A stretch of DNA of 58,510 nucleotides from Bdellovibrionota bacterium (lineage in GTDB: Bacteria > Bdellovibrionota_C > UBA2361 > JBIIDM01), in NCBI GenBank assembly GCA_044238365.1, contig JBIIDM010000003.1, positions 1 through 58,510 on the forward strand, in the 5' to 3' direction. The position numbers and the translations under genes were made by a program. Shown piece by piece: positions 35,274 through 44,870 of the stretch. Numbering within the stretch: position 1 is the first letter of the stretch; each line of letters starts with the position of its first letter. The notes below the pieces were generated by a model. The model was not told where the DNA came from, searched no databases, and was given only the letters and a program-made list of their open reading frames with translations.

Positions 35274-36911
35274 ATGAACACTATTCACTCTGAATTTGCT
35301 ACCAAGGATTCGCCTAAGCAACGTAGCTCCTCATTTGCTGACAATAAGGCATATAATGCCTCGTTGCTTGCCGATTTAAAGGAACGATTGGCAAAAGTAA
35401 AGGAGGGAGGTGGCGACGCTCAAGTTGCTCGTCACCGCAGTCGCGGAAAAATGTTGCCACGCGAGCGAATCGATCTTTTGCTTGATCAGGGAAGTCCCTT
35501 TTTGGAAGTTGCTCCGTTGGCAGCATGGGGAATGTACGAGGGGGGAAGCGTCCCCTCTGCGGGGATAGTTGCTGGAATTGGAAAGATACACAATCGAATC
35601 TGCATGATTATTTCCAATGATGCGACGGTTAAAGGAGGAACGTATTTTCCCCTTACCGTGAAGAAGCATCTTCGAGCGCAGGAGATCGCCCGAGTTAATG
35701 CGCTTCCGTGTATTTATCTCGTGGATTCGGGAGGGGCATTCTTGCCAATGCAGGATGAGGTTTTTCCCGACCGAGATCACTTTGGCCGGATATTTTATAA
35801 TCAGGCACAGATGTCAGCTGCCGGAATTCCGCAGATAGCTGTGGTTTTGGGCTCATGCACCGCCGGGGGTGCTTATGTGCCAGCAATGTCTGATGAAACG
35901 ATCATCGTAAAGGAGAACGGAACAATTTTTCTTGCGGGGCCGCCTCTGGTGAAGGCTGCTACGGGTGAAATAGTTTCTGATCAGGACTTAGGCGGTGCTG
36001 AAGTGCACACCGCAATATCAGGGGTTGCGGACCATTATGCAGGGGATGAGGACGAAGCATTGCATTTAACTCGTTCGATTGTTGAGAATCTTGGTTCAGC
36101 AGGGATTAAGGCCGGGAGTAGCGTACGGGAGAGTATTCCACCTTTGTATGATTCTGAGGATATAGCCGGGATTCTTCCTGCAGATACCACAAAGACACCC
36201 TTCGATGTTCGGGAGGTGATTGCACGAATTGTTGATGCGTCAGAATTTCATGAATTCAAGCGTAATTATGGAAAGACGTTGGTTTGCGGTTTCGCATATA
36301 TTCATGGTCAGTCAATCGGTATTGTAGCGAATAATGGTGTACTCTTTTCTGAGAGTGCTCTTAAGGGGGCGCACTTTATCCAGTTATGTGGACAACGTGG
36401 CATACCGTTGCTCTTTCTGCAGAACATTACCGGTTTTATGGTGGGGAGTAAGTACGAGTCAGAGGGGATAGCGAAGCATGGAGCAAAATTCGTTACCGCC
36501 GTATCAACCGTTAATGTGCCTAAGTTTACCGTGATTATTGGTGGCTCCTACGGTGCTGGCAATTACGGAATGTGTGGGCGTGCGTACGACCCTCGTTTTC
36601 TTTGGATGTGGCCAAATGCTCGAATTGCTGTAATGGGGGGGGAGCAGGCCGCAGGAGTATTGGTAACAGTGCAGCAGCAGGCTCGCGAGAAAGCTGGAAA
36701 GGAATCACTGACTGAAGAAGAGATTCTTAGCATAAAGTCGCCCATCTTAAGCCAGTTTCAGACACAGAGTGACCCGTACTATAGCTCTGCTCGATTGTGG
36801 GATGATGGAATTATTGAGCCAGCAGCGACTCGTGATGTTATCGGGTTGGCACTGGAGGTGTGTTATTCACCACATCGGGAGAGTTCCACCTACGGAATCT
36901 TCCGCATGTAG
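35274..36911 (+). CDS. mccB: Methylcrotonyl-CoA carboxylase, carboxyltransferase (beta) subunit
   Basis: 545 aa. Carboxyltransferase motifs (..[12 protein letters not shown].., ..[15 protein letters not shown].., ..[16 protein letters not shown]..). Confidence 0.88.
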   Translation: MNTIHSEFATKDSPKQRSSSFADNKAYNASLLADLKERLAKVKEGGGDAQVARHRSRGKMLPRERIDLLLDQGSPFLEVAPLAAWGMYEGGSVPSAGIVAGIGKIHNRICMIISNDATVKGGTYFPLTVKKHLRAQEIARVNALPCIYLVDSGGAFLPMQDEVFPDRDHFGRIFYNQAQMSAAGIPQIAVVLGSCTAGGAYVPAMSDETIIVKENGTIFLAGPPLVKAATGEIVSDQDLGGAEVHTAISGVADHYAGDEDEALHLTRSIVENLGSAGIKAGSSVRESIPPLYDSEDIAGILPADTTKTPFDVREVIARIVDASEFHEFKRNYGKTLVCGFAYIHGQSIGIVANNGVLFSESALKGAHFIQLCGQRGIPLLFLQNITGFMVGSKYESEGIAKHGAKFVTAVSTVNVPKFTVIIGGSYGAGNYGMCGRAYDPRFLWMWPNARIAVMGGEQAAGVLVTVQQQAREKAGKESLTEEEILSIKSPILSQFQTQSDPYYSSARLWDDGIIEPAATRDVIGLALEVCYSPHRESSTYGIFRM

Positions 36912-36986
36912 GTAAGAGCCAGAGATTTTTCCAACGGCAGGCGGGGTTGCATAGTTATAAATGTAGTAATAGCAAAATTATTGATT

Positions 36987-37820
36987 ATGACATATACCTT
37001 TATTTCTGTAGATAGTGGCCTCGTAGAGGGGGAGACTCGGCCGGGCATTCAGATAATAACAATCAACAGGGCGGAAGTTCACAACGCATTTAATGATCAG
37101 TTAATCAGCGAGCTTCGAGATGTCGCTATGGCGCTCGCACGTGATCCAGGATTGCGAGTAGTCGTGCTAAGGGGAGCTGGGCGCTCATTTTCTGCTGGGG
37201 CTGATTTGCAGAGCATGAAGGAGGCAAAGTCCTTTAGTGTCGATGAAAATCGCCTTCAGGCAGAGGCACTTTCAGATATGTTCGAAGCATTGAACTCTTT
37301 GCCGTGTCCTTTAGTGGGTGTTGTGCAGGGAGCGGCGCTTGGTGGCGGAAGTGGCTTGGCGGCGGTATGTGATTTTGTGATTGCCGGCCCTCGCGCTCGA
37401 TTTGGTTTCTCTGAAGTTCGTCTTGGTATTGTTCCCGCTGTTATTTCCCCTTACGTCATCAGCAAGATTGGTGAGAGTGGGGCCCGGGCCTACTTTCTTA
37501 CAGGAAAGCAGTTTGACGGTGATGAGGCCCTACGTCTTGGCCTTGTTCATAGGGTGGTAAAGGACGAAGAAGGTCTTCCACTTGCGCTCAGTGAAGTTGT
37601 GGATGACATTCTTAGGTGCGGTCCATCGGCAAATGCGTTGGCAAAGCGTCTAATACGCAGAGTGGTAGCCTTTTCGGCCGAGGGCGGCCTAACAGATTCA
37701 TCGAAGGGGCTTCGGGAATATACCAGCCAGGTCATTGCAGAGGCTCGAGTGGCTGATGAGGGGCAGGAGGGCTTGATCGCGTTCTTAGAAAAACGGGATC
37801 CTCGTTGGGTAAGTGAATAG
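36987..37820 (+). CDS. Enoyl-CoA hydratase family (methylglutaconyl-CoA hydratase by context)
   Basis: Crotonase fold (..GAGRSFSAGADL.., ..GAALGGGSGLAAVCD..). Its stop abuts the next ATG. Confidence 0.8.
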   Translation: MTYTFISVDSGLVEGETRPGIQIITINRAEVHNAFNDQLISELRDVAMALARDPGLRVVVLRGAGRSFSAGADLQSMKEAKSFSVDENRLQAEALSDMFEALNSLPCPLVGVVQGAALGGGSGLAAVCDFVIAGPRARFGFSEVRLGIVPAVISPYVISKIGESGARAYFLTGKQFDGDEALRLGLVHRVVKDEEGLPLALSEVVDDILRCGPSANALAKRLIRRVVAFSAEGGLTDSSKGLREYTSQVIAEARVADEGQEGLIAFLEKRDPRWVSE

Positions 37821-39356
37821 ATGGAAAATAATCCGGTGCCAACTGAAATTCGTTCTATTCTGATTGCCAACCGTGGCGAGATAGCAGTTCGTGTTATTGC
37901 GACGTGCCGAAGTATGGGCATTCGGAGTGTCGCCATAGCGTCGCGGAGTGATGAGCGGAGCCCGCACGCTCTTAATGCAGATGCGCTGTTTGTACTAGGG
38001 GAGGGAACGCAGCTCTCCGAAACATATCTAAATCAGGATGCCATCATCGAGATCGCACATAAGGCCAAGGTGGATGCCATTCATCCGGGGTACGGTTTCC
38101 TATCTGAGAATCGGAAGTTTGCTGAGCGGGTGCGCGCGGAGGGTTTTATCTTTATTGGCCCACCACCCCAATGTATCGAATCGATGGGCGATAAAATCGG
38201 CGCCCGTCGTGCAGCGATCGCTGCGGGGGTTCCAATCGTTCCGGGATATGATAGTGACAACCAGGACAGTGAAGTTTTGAAGAAGGAAGCTGCGAGTATT
38301 GGCTATCCTGTGCTGATCAAGGCTTCAGCAGGTGGTGGTGGAAAGGGCATGCGTGTTGTCACTGAGCCGAAAGATTTTGACCAAGCGCTGGCCCAAGCTC
38401 GTGGAGAGGCTGAGAATGCTTTTGGTGATTCACGGGTCTTTCTGGAAAAGTACCTTAGGTACCCTCGTCATATTGAAGTGCAGGTCTTTAGCGACACACA
38501 CGGTAATCACCTTCATCTTTTTGAACGAGAGTGCTCAATACAAAGGCGCCACCAGAAGATAGTTGAGGAGACGCCATCGATGGCGCTTGATGATGAATCA
38601 CGAGCATGGGTTACTTCTCGTGCAGTCGCACTTGCTGCAGCGATCGGGTATGAGGGAGCTGGAACAATCGAATTTATCATGGATGCCGACCCTGAAAGTG
38701 GAAAGGGTGATCTATACTTCCTTGAAATGAATACTCGTTTGCAGGTTGAGCATCCTGTGACTGAGTGTGTGACGGGACTTGACCTTGTTCGCTTGCAGAT
38801 ACTGGTCGCGCAGGGCGAAGCCCTTCCGTTTACTCAGGAAGAGTTAAAGCAAAACGGCCATGCCATTGAGTGTCGGATTTACGCCGAGGATCCGCTCCGA
38901 GGTCACCTACCATCTACGGGAATATTGCAGGCTATCGGGGGCGTCCCAATGCGAAATGTTCGCCTCGATTGCGGCTTTAGTGATGGTCAGGAAGTAACGG
39001 CGCATTACGATCCAATGATAGCCAAACTGATTGTGTGGGGGCCAACACGGGATGAGGCCATTGAAACAATGCAGCGTGCTCTTCGCAGTTATACTTTTGC
39101 TGGCTTGAAATCCAATGTAAGGTATTTGGAGCGAATTTTGGCAGTAGATGCGTTTAGGAAAGGCAAGACCTTTACAAATTTTCTCGTCACGCATGAGGAT
39201 GACCTACGTATGCTGGAAACCAGTGACTATGATCGCGCTTTAGCGATGGGAGTGTATCTGCTTTGTTCGGGGAATCCGCAACGGTCTAGTAGTCCGGGCA
39301 AGGAGCCGATTACCGTGTGGAGAAATTCGTTGCTTAATGGTTTCAGGAGCGCCTAG
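37821..39356 (+). CDS. mccA: Methylcrotonyl-CoA carboxylase alpha, biotin-carboxylase portion (split gene)
   Basis: ATP-grasp BC motifs (ILIANRGEIAVRVI, GGGGKGMR, EMNTRLQVEHPVTE). Ends at 511 aa without a biotinyl domain. Confidence 0.88.
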   Translation: MENNPVPTEIRSILIANRGEIAVRVIATCRSMGIRSVAIASRSDERSPHALNADALFVLGEGTQLSETYLNQDAIIEIAHKAKVDAIHPGYGFLSENRKFAERVRAEGFIFIGPPPQCIESMGDKIGARRAAIAAGVPIVPGYDSDNQDSEVLKKEAASIGYPVLIKASAGGGGKGMRVVTEPKDFDQALAQARGEAENAFGDSRVFLEKYLRYPRHIEVQVFSDTHGNHLHLFERECSIQRRHQKIVEETPSMALDDESRAWVTSRAVALAAAIGYEGAGTIEFIMDADPESGKGDLYFLEMNTRLQVEHPVTECVTGLDLVRLQILVAQGEALPFTQEELKQNGHAIECRIYAEDPLRGHLPSTGILQAIGGVPMRNVRLDCGFSDGQEVTAHYDPMIAKLIVWGPTRDEAIETMQRALRSYTFAGLKSNVRYLERILAVDAFRKGKTFTNFLVTHEDDLRMLETSDYDRALAMGVYLLCSGNPQRSSSPGKEPITVWRNSLLNGFRSA

Positions 39357-39358
39357 AA

Positions 39359-39865
39359 ATGGAGAAGAAGTTTACCATAGACGGTGTCGAGCACGTTATT
39401 TCCAAGCTGTGTGTGGCTGGTGAAGAGGTTACTTTTGACTTTATAGGGACGTCATACCGTTTCAAACTCTTACAGAGCAGTAGTGGTGTTTCATGGGTTG
39501 TTCAGGATTGTAATACGCATGCCGTACACCGGGGTGCCATTGCTCCGGTACCCCAGAAACTGAGCACAGTAGTGATAAGTACTGACGGTACTGCGTGTGA
39601 GGTTGCACCGGTTGCGCGAAAGGGTGGCGGGCAAGAAGTGTCGGCTGTTACGGGAAGTAATCCAGTGGCGCCGCTGACAGGGGTAATTCGGGAGGTTTCG
39701 GTGGCGGTTGGTCAGGAGGTTACGGCAAACCAGACGGTGGCGACGATGGAGGCTATGAAGATGCAGTTGGCCATTGTGGCGCCTAAGGCAGGGACGGTGA
39801 GGGAGGTTTGTGTGGGTGTTGGGGATCAGGTGATGGAGGGACAGATTGTGGTGGTCGTTGGGTAA
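39359..39865 (+). CDS. Biotin carboxyl carrier (biotinyl/lipoyl) protein, separate C-terminal portion of MCCase alpha
   Basis: Biotinylation motif MEAMKM. AGGAG lies 9 nt upstream of the ATG. Reading frame differs from that of the upstream BC ORF. Confidence 0.8.
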   Translation: MEKKFTIDGVEHVISKLCVAGEEVTFDFIGTSYRFKLLQSSSGVSWVVQDCNTHAVHRGAIAPVPQKLSTVVISTDGTACEVAPVARKGGGQEVSAVTGSNPVAPLTGVIREVSVAVGQEVTANQTVATMEAMKMQLAIVAPKAGTVREVCVGVGDQVMEGQIVVVVG

Positions 39866-39941
39866 ATGGTAAGCAGAACGATAAGAAAGTTTGTTTATAT
39901 ACTTAATAATCTTAATAAGTAACGATTAGTTTCTGTGTAGC

Positions 39942-40304
39942 ATGGGTGATTATAAATTAGCGTATTCAACGGATCCAGAGCAGAATCGCCGTTGCTCAGT
40001 CTGTAAGGAGCTGGTGGCCAATTGTGCCTGTGCGCCTTGGTTCGGTATTCCATCCTTCGACTCATTAGCCCCGGTAATGCAGTTAGAGCGAAAGGGTCGC
40101 GGTGGTAAGTCTGTAACCGTTTTGCGAAAACTACCCCCGTCCAAAGAGCTTTTAGAATTGCTTACAGCCAAACTTAAAAAGAGGTGTGGTACCGGCGGTA
40201 CCTATAAGATCGTTGAGGGTGCTGGGCTGATTGAGATTCAGGGGGACAAACAAGACGAGCTTCGGAAGGCACTTCAAGCGGAGGGCATAGTGCTCAAGGG
40301 ATAA
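39942..40304 (+). CDS. yciH: SUI1/YciH family translation initiation factor-like protein
   Basis: ..RKGRGGKSVTVLRKL....LKKRCGTGGT......IEIQGD.. is typical of SUI1. Confidence 0.8.
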   Translation: MGDYKLAYSTDPEQNRRCSVCKELVANCACAPWFGIPSFDSLAPVMQLERKGRGGKSVTVLRKLPPSKELLELLTAKLKKRCGTGGTYKIVEGAGLIEIQGDKQDELRKALQAEGIVLKG

Positions 40305-40310
40305 TCCTAT

Positions 40311-40331
40311 TTCTTACGTCGAACTCAGGTT
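40311..40331. mobile_element. Solo family A terminal repeat (A6)
   Basis: ttcttacgtcgaactcaggtt, 6 nt after the yciH stop. Confidence 0.7.
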
Positions 40332-40393
40332 AAAAAGAGCAGTCATTCCAGATGAGTTACTTTCCGTGTTGCTTCAATCTGTCATTTAAACGA

Positions 40394-41440
40394 TTAGTCT
40401 TTCTTTTTTGACCGAAGCAGTCGCGGCAGATCCCTAATTAGTGCATTTACTCGGAGCCACTGTCCTTTTGGGAGCGGACCTTCCCCTACATAATCACCCT
40501 TCTGGGTGATATTCATTCGTACAAAACTCCCACCTCCAATTCGAACACCATCAGAAATGGAGAGGTGGTCGGAAATTTTTGTTGCTCCACCGAGTACGAC
40601 TTGATTTCCGATAGTGCAACTGCCAGCTATTCCGACTTGCCCGCACACTATGGTGTGAGATCCAATTTTGTTGTTGTGGCCAATCTGCACAAGGTTATCA
40701 ATTTTTGTGCCCTGGGCTACTTTTGTCGTGCCAAATGTCGCACGGTCGATGCACGTATTTGCACCGACATCCACTTGCGCCTCAAGAACAACTTTTCCTA
40801 TTTGCGGAATAGGAACGAGTCCTTTCTGTTGGTCCTGATAATAACCGAATCCGTCAGCACCAATAACTGCGCCACACTGGATAGTCACGTTGTCTCCTAT
40901 CTCGCAATCTTCTCTAACGATCGCGCTTGCATGAATTGTGCATTGTTTGCCAATCTTTGCTCCTTCATAGATAACAACGTGCGGCATGAGTATCGTTCCT
41001 TCCCCAATCTGCGCGTTTCTTCCGATAACACAAAAGGGCGCAACTGCGACGTTCTCTCCTACGTGCGCTGAAGGATCTATAACGGCTAGCGGGCTGATGT
41101 TAGCGGGAAGGGCGGGGGGTGAATATAGCTTTGGAATCAGCTTTATAATGCTTCGATAGGGGTCCTTTACCGCGATCAGCAGAGGGAAGGGTTGCTCCTC
41201 CAATAGGCTGATATCTGAGATAGTATCTCTTACCAGAAGCACAGAACAGCGTAACTCGGGAAGTAGGCTTGCTAGCCTTGACCCTGATGACTCGGATGAG
41301 AATGAAATAGTATCCGGGTAAGTTTCGTCAAAGGCCGAAATTCCTTTTATGATGTTTGGTCCCGTGGGATCAACCGGGCGATTAAGTACCGTGCCGTTGC
41401 AGTCTGTTATGATAGTGCTGATAGTAATGGTGGGAGTCAT
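40394..41440 (-). CDS. lpxD: UDP-3-O-acylglucosamine N-acyltransferase
   Basis: 348 aa with left-handed beta-helix hexapeptide repeats and an LpxD-type N-terminal domain. Confidence 0.85.
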   Translation of the reverse strand: MTPTITISTIITDCNGTVLNRPVDPTGPNIIKGISAFDETYPDTISFSSESSGSRLASLLPELRCSVLLVRDTISDISLLEEQPFPLLIAVKDPYRSIIKLIPKLYSPPALPANISPLAVIDPSAHVGENVAVAPFCVIGRNAQIGEGTILMPHVVIYEGAKIGKQCTIHASAIVREDCEIGDNVTIQCGAVIGADGFGYYQDQQKGLVPIPQIGKVVLEAQVDVGANTCIDRATFGTTKVAQGTKIDNLVQIGHNNKIGSHTIVCGQVGIAGSCTIGNQVVLGGATKISDHLSISDGVRIGGGSFVRMNITQKGDYVGEGPLPKGQWLRVNALIRDLPRLLRSKKKD

Positions 41441-41551
41441 AGGGGCGCGACCTGATTAGTTGCTAACTGCGGGTGTGGGGTGAGTCGCCCATGTTTTTTT
41501 GCGACACCGTGTAATCATCGATCGAGTCTCTGGAAATGTCTACATCAACAC

Positions 41552-41574
41552 CTGTTTTATTTCTGAACAGCTCC
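41552..41574. mobile_element. Solo family E terminal repeat (E3)
   Basis: ctgttttatttctgaacagctcc, directly abutting TTA (41575-41577), which is the TAA stop of the acyl-CoA dehydrogenase gene on the minus strand. Confidence 0.6.
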
Positions 41575-42708
41575 TTATCGCAGAATCTCTCGCGCGATCA
41601 CTAGCCGTTGTATTTGACTGGTCCCTTCATAAATCTGCATTAGTTTGGCATCACGCATAAACTTTTCAACCGGATAATCTTTGGTATAACCATTACCGCC
41701 AAGTATTTGAACGGCATCAGTGGTGACTTTCATTGCTGTATCGGCAGCAAATCGCTTGGCCATACTTGAATGAAGAGTCGCCTGTTCTTTTCTATCAAGC
41801 AGTGATGCTGAGTAAAGAGTGAGTAAACGGGAAGCTTCAATCTCTGTCGCCATGTCGGCAAGCATTGTCTGGATAGTTTGAAATGTAGCAATCTTTACGC
41901 CGAACTGTTCGCGTTCTTTGGCGTAGCCAAGCGCGTACCGGTACGCAGCCTGGGCGATACCCACGGCGATGCTTGCAGTCAGTGGCCGGGAGAGGTCGAG
42001 AGTTTCCATGGCTAGTTTGAAACCGGCTCCTTTTGGCGCTATGAGGTGAGACTTGGGAACACGCACCCCGTCAAAATTCAAGGGCACTGTGTTTGAACAG
42101 CGTTGTCCTAACTTGTTTTCATGTGCTCCACGGCTAAGACCGATGGCATTACCCGGAACGACCACGCAGCCGATACCTTTGTGCTTTAGATGTTTATCGA
42201 ATGTGCCAAAAACCGTGAATTGCGAAGCGTATCCACCGTTTGTGATCCACTGCTTGTTTCCGTTAATTATAATTGAGTCCCCATCATCGGCAAGGGTAGT
42301 GGAGATTCCCCCAGCATCCGAACCTGCACCAGGTTCTGAAAGGCAGAACGAAGCCAGGTCTCCTTGGGTGACCAAGTTTTTAATGAAATGTTCCTTCTGT
42401 TCCGGGCTTCCGGCAAGGTGGATTGGAAGCAAGGCAAGGTCATTAGCGACGAGCGAAGTTGCGATTCCGCCGCACCCCCCCGCCAACTCCTCCACGACGA
42501 TGCACGCGTCAAAAAGTGATAGTCCTGTTCCACCCAGTTCGGAATCTAACAGAAGATTGTTTAGACCCAAAACACCTGCTTCTTTAATCAGGTCTAGTGG
42601 AAAATCTCCACGTTCGTCGAGAGCCTGAGCGGTTGGAAAAATTCGGTCAGCGGCGAATCTCTGTGCAGTTAGCCGTAGAAAATTTTGCTCTTCGGTCAAG
42701 TTAAGCAT
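41575..42708 (-). CDS. Acyl-CoA dehydrogenase (short/branched-chain type)
   Basis: ACAD motifs ([13 protein letters not shown], ..QILGGNGY.., [17 protein letters not shown]). Confidence 0.85.
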   Translation of the reverse strand: MLNLTEEQNFLRLTAQRFAADRIFPTAQALDERGDFPLDLIKEAGVLGLNNLLLDSELGGTGLSLFDACIVVEELAGGCGGIATSLVANDLALLPIHLAGSPEQKEHFIKNLVTQGDLASFCLSEPGAGSDAGGISTTLADDGDSIIINGNKQWITNGGYASQFTVFGTFDKHLKHKGIGCVVVPGNAIGLSRGAHENKLGQRCSNTVPLNFDGVRVPKSHLIAPKGAGFKLAMETLDLSRPLTASIAVGIAQAAYRYALGYAKEREQFGVKIATFQTIQTMLADMATEIEASRLLTLYSASLLDRKEQATLHSSMAKRFAADTAMKVTTDAVQILGGNGYTKDYPVEKFMRDAKLMQIYEGTSQIQRLVIAREILR

Positions 42709-42862
42709 TTGATTATATTTATAAACGTGTTGGTAACGGTCAACGGTCTGTGCTTATAGTATTTAGATGACCTTTTAGCCCCGCTGTCTAGGATTATTTT
42801 CAGCGGAACCCACAATAGACTCGATGTGAGGTTCATGCTGTGTTAGCCCGGACGCCCAATAA

Positions 42863-43164
42863 GGAGCTGTCCAGAAATAAACTGTGCATTTAACGCTCAG
42901 ATTTGCCCTAACCCGGATTATTCACGAGCCACACCACCTGAGCGGTTAATGTACTGAATCTTCCGGCGAAAATGAGATTTTCAGACTTTCATGTGTCTCG
43001 ACACTATGTCAGCCTGAAAATCTCATTTTCTCCAAAATATTTATCACCTTAACCGCTCAGGAGGCGCGTCTCGTGAATAATCCGGGCTAAATTTGAACGT
43101 TTTCAGCGAGAAAATGCGCAGGTATACTGGAGTATTCCGAGCATTTTCGAGTAAAGAACGTTCA
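42863..43164. mobile_element. Family E element (E2) interrupted by D3; right part divergent
   Basis: Left part ggagctgtccagaaataaactgtgcatttaacgctcagatttgcccTAA equals E1 (rc). The sequence resumes after D3 with ctaaatttgaacgtt.. . Left flank is TAA. Confidence 0.6.
42912..43086. mobile_element. Family D MITE, full copy D3 (175 bp)
   Basis: 17-bp TIRs cccggattattcacgag/ctcgtgaataatccggg with nested inverted repeats (cctgagcggttaa/ttaaccgctcagg; gaaaatgagattttcag/ctgaaaatctcattttc). Flanked by CTAA/CTAA. Confidence 0.85.
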
Positions 43165-43193
43165 AACCTGAGTTCTTACATCGAACTTAGGCT
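43165..43193. mobile_element. Collapsed family A remnant (A7)
   Basis: aacctgagttcttacatcgaacttaggct: the two A termini are fused with no interior. Confidence 0.55.
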
Positions 43194-43195
43194 GT

Positions 43196-43323
43196 TATAG
43201 TAATCTTCAAAAATAATAAAGTATTAAAGATTACTATAACGACTCGCGGAGTCGAGTTAAAACAAACACATAGCCATCGCCGAAATGCTACTCAAAACCG
43301 CATTATTTTTGACGATGGCTATA
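43196..43323 (+). mobile_element. Family C element (C3, 128 bp)
   Basis: See C1/C2. About 5 differences from C2. TA flanks. Confidence 0.8.
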
Positions 43324-43441
43324 AGGGAGTTGCAAGCTATTTGACATAAAAAAAGGGAGAGGGTTGACCCGATCGTAGTCCACACGATATCTCAATATTT
43401 CAATCCTCGGTCCGCGCGCTACCAACTAGCGTTCAACGTTC

Positions 43442-44374
43442 TTAACAATAGCCCTGTTCCTTCAATATCGTCTGAAGCGGCGCGACATCGTCTCGACTCG
43501 TAAGACCCCGAACGTGGCCATCTAGAGGCATATTCTTGACGACAATGCTTCTTTTAAGTAGGGAATCGATCCACAAAGGATGCGGAAGTTCGTCGGTTTC
43601 TTTATTCGTAGAGGGTGAGTTCCACCATGTCTGGTAGAATGATCGGGCGTCGTTGATTCCTTTACCGGTTAACATCCAGGTGGTCATGCTTACAGGAGTT
43701 TGTGGGTCGATGCGGGTTGTTCCTGATCCATCCTTCCCTGTTGCGACAAGGTCGTTCGCACCACGGTATTCAATGCCGTAGGTTTCTTCGATAGAGGTAA
43801 CGTCAAGCGTGTTCGGATCGAAGCGTACGATGCCACGATTATTCTTCGAACCAGGGATCATCGTATTACAGATTGGGAACGAAGCCATGATCTCAGTCGC
43901 CGGTGCCTCGAGAGCCAACTTCATAAGCTTTTGAAAGAGCTCCTGAGGATAAAGATCATCGGCATTAATTACCAAAAGACGATCCTCGTCCTTCATCCCA
44001 AGGCTTGATGCAGCCTGCAACATTGCATCAACGGTGCCGGTTGGTTTGGTCCGTCCTGTAGGAGTTGGCTGAAGTGCAAATTCTACTTTAACAGGAGAGG
44101 AGCTGAGTGCGGTTCTAAGAGGTTCAATCATCTCAGGTTTGGTAACGATTACCGCATTGGTAAACCCCTGCGCGAAGGCATTAGCCAAGTTAAAGTACGT
44201 GAGGATTTCGCCGTTTACCCCAATCGGAAATAGTTGTTTGGGAATTTCGCCACCGAAGCGGGTGCCACTTCCAGCTGCCAGTACGCATACATGATAACGC
44301 CGCTCACTGCTTTTAGAGTGAGATTGCGTGTTTCCTGTTAAGTAACCGGACGGAGAATCTGATGCGCTATTCAT
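43442..44374 (-). CDS. Sugar-phosphate nucleotidyltransferase-like protein (NTP_transferase fold)
   Basis: N-terminal VLAAGSGTRFGGEIPKQLFPI signature. The rest is not assignable to a specific sugar. Confidence 0.5.
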   Translation of the reverse strand: MNSASDSPSGYLTGNTQSHSKSSERRYHVCVLAAGSGTRFGGEIPKQLFPIGVNGEILTYFNLANAFAQGFTNAVIVTKPEMIEPLRTALSSSPVKVEFALQPTPTGRTKPTGTVDAMLQAASSLGMKDEDRLLVINADDLYPQELFQKLMKLALEAPATEIMASFPICNTMIPGSKNNRGIVRFDPNTLDVTSIEETYGIEYRGANDLVATGKDGSGTTRIDPQTPVSMTTWMLTGKGINDARSFYQTWWNSPSTNKETDELPHPLWIDSLLKRSIVVKNMPLDGHVRGLTSRDDVAPLQTILKEQGYC

Positions 44375-44420
44375 GTTTCCTTTGACTCCTTTAAGGGAAT
44401 ATTAATCAAGTGTTGATAAA

Positions 44421-44561
44421 ATATAGCGGTTTCACTTTAAAAAGTCATAGAAAATGCGGAACCGGTATATTCTTGACGGGGCAAAGTCCCTGCGAGGGAC
44501 AAACAAATACGCACTCCAGTACAATTAGTCTTCAGACATTTTGAATTGGAATGGGTATACC
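44421..44561 (+). mobile_element. Family B element (B4, ~141 bp)
   Basis: atatagcggtttcactttaaaaagtcata ... cattttgaattggaatgggtatacc. Its right end merges with the A-family terminal fragment A8. Confidence 0.6.
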
Positions 44562-44586
44562 TTTGTTCTTATCCGAAACTCAGGTT
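44558..44586. mobile_element. Family A terminal fragment (A8)
   Basis: tacctttgttcttatccgaaactcaggtt compared with the consensus tacctttgttcttacgtcgaactcaggtt. Confidence 0.55.
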
Positions 44587-44708
44587 CACAGAATAGCTAA
44601 TAACCCAGGCTAGATAAAACCATAACATTGATTTAATTATGGTGATGTGCTCTTATTTCAGGTGCACTGTCTTCTGCCCTTTGTATATCCTTGGGGTGCT
44701 TACTGGGC

Positions 44709-44857
44709 TACCTGAGGTCGACGTAAGACCCCTACGGATATTAGCTCGGTATTAAATGCTCGACGTAGCACGCTACGCTGAGCGCTTTCAGATCACTCTC
44801 GCTTGTATTTACAGTATTTTCAGCTACTTACCTTTGTTCTTACGTCGAACGCAGGTC
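44709..44857 (-). mobile_element. Family A MITE, divergent copy A9 (~149 bp)
   Basis: tacctgaggtcgacgtaagac ... tacctttgttcttacgtcgaacgcaggtc. The interior retains aaatgctcgacgtagca. Ends 13 nt before the ATG at 44871. Confidence 0.7.
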
Positions 44858-44870
44858 AACTGATTCATTC

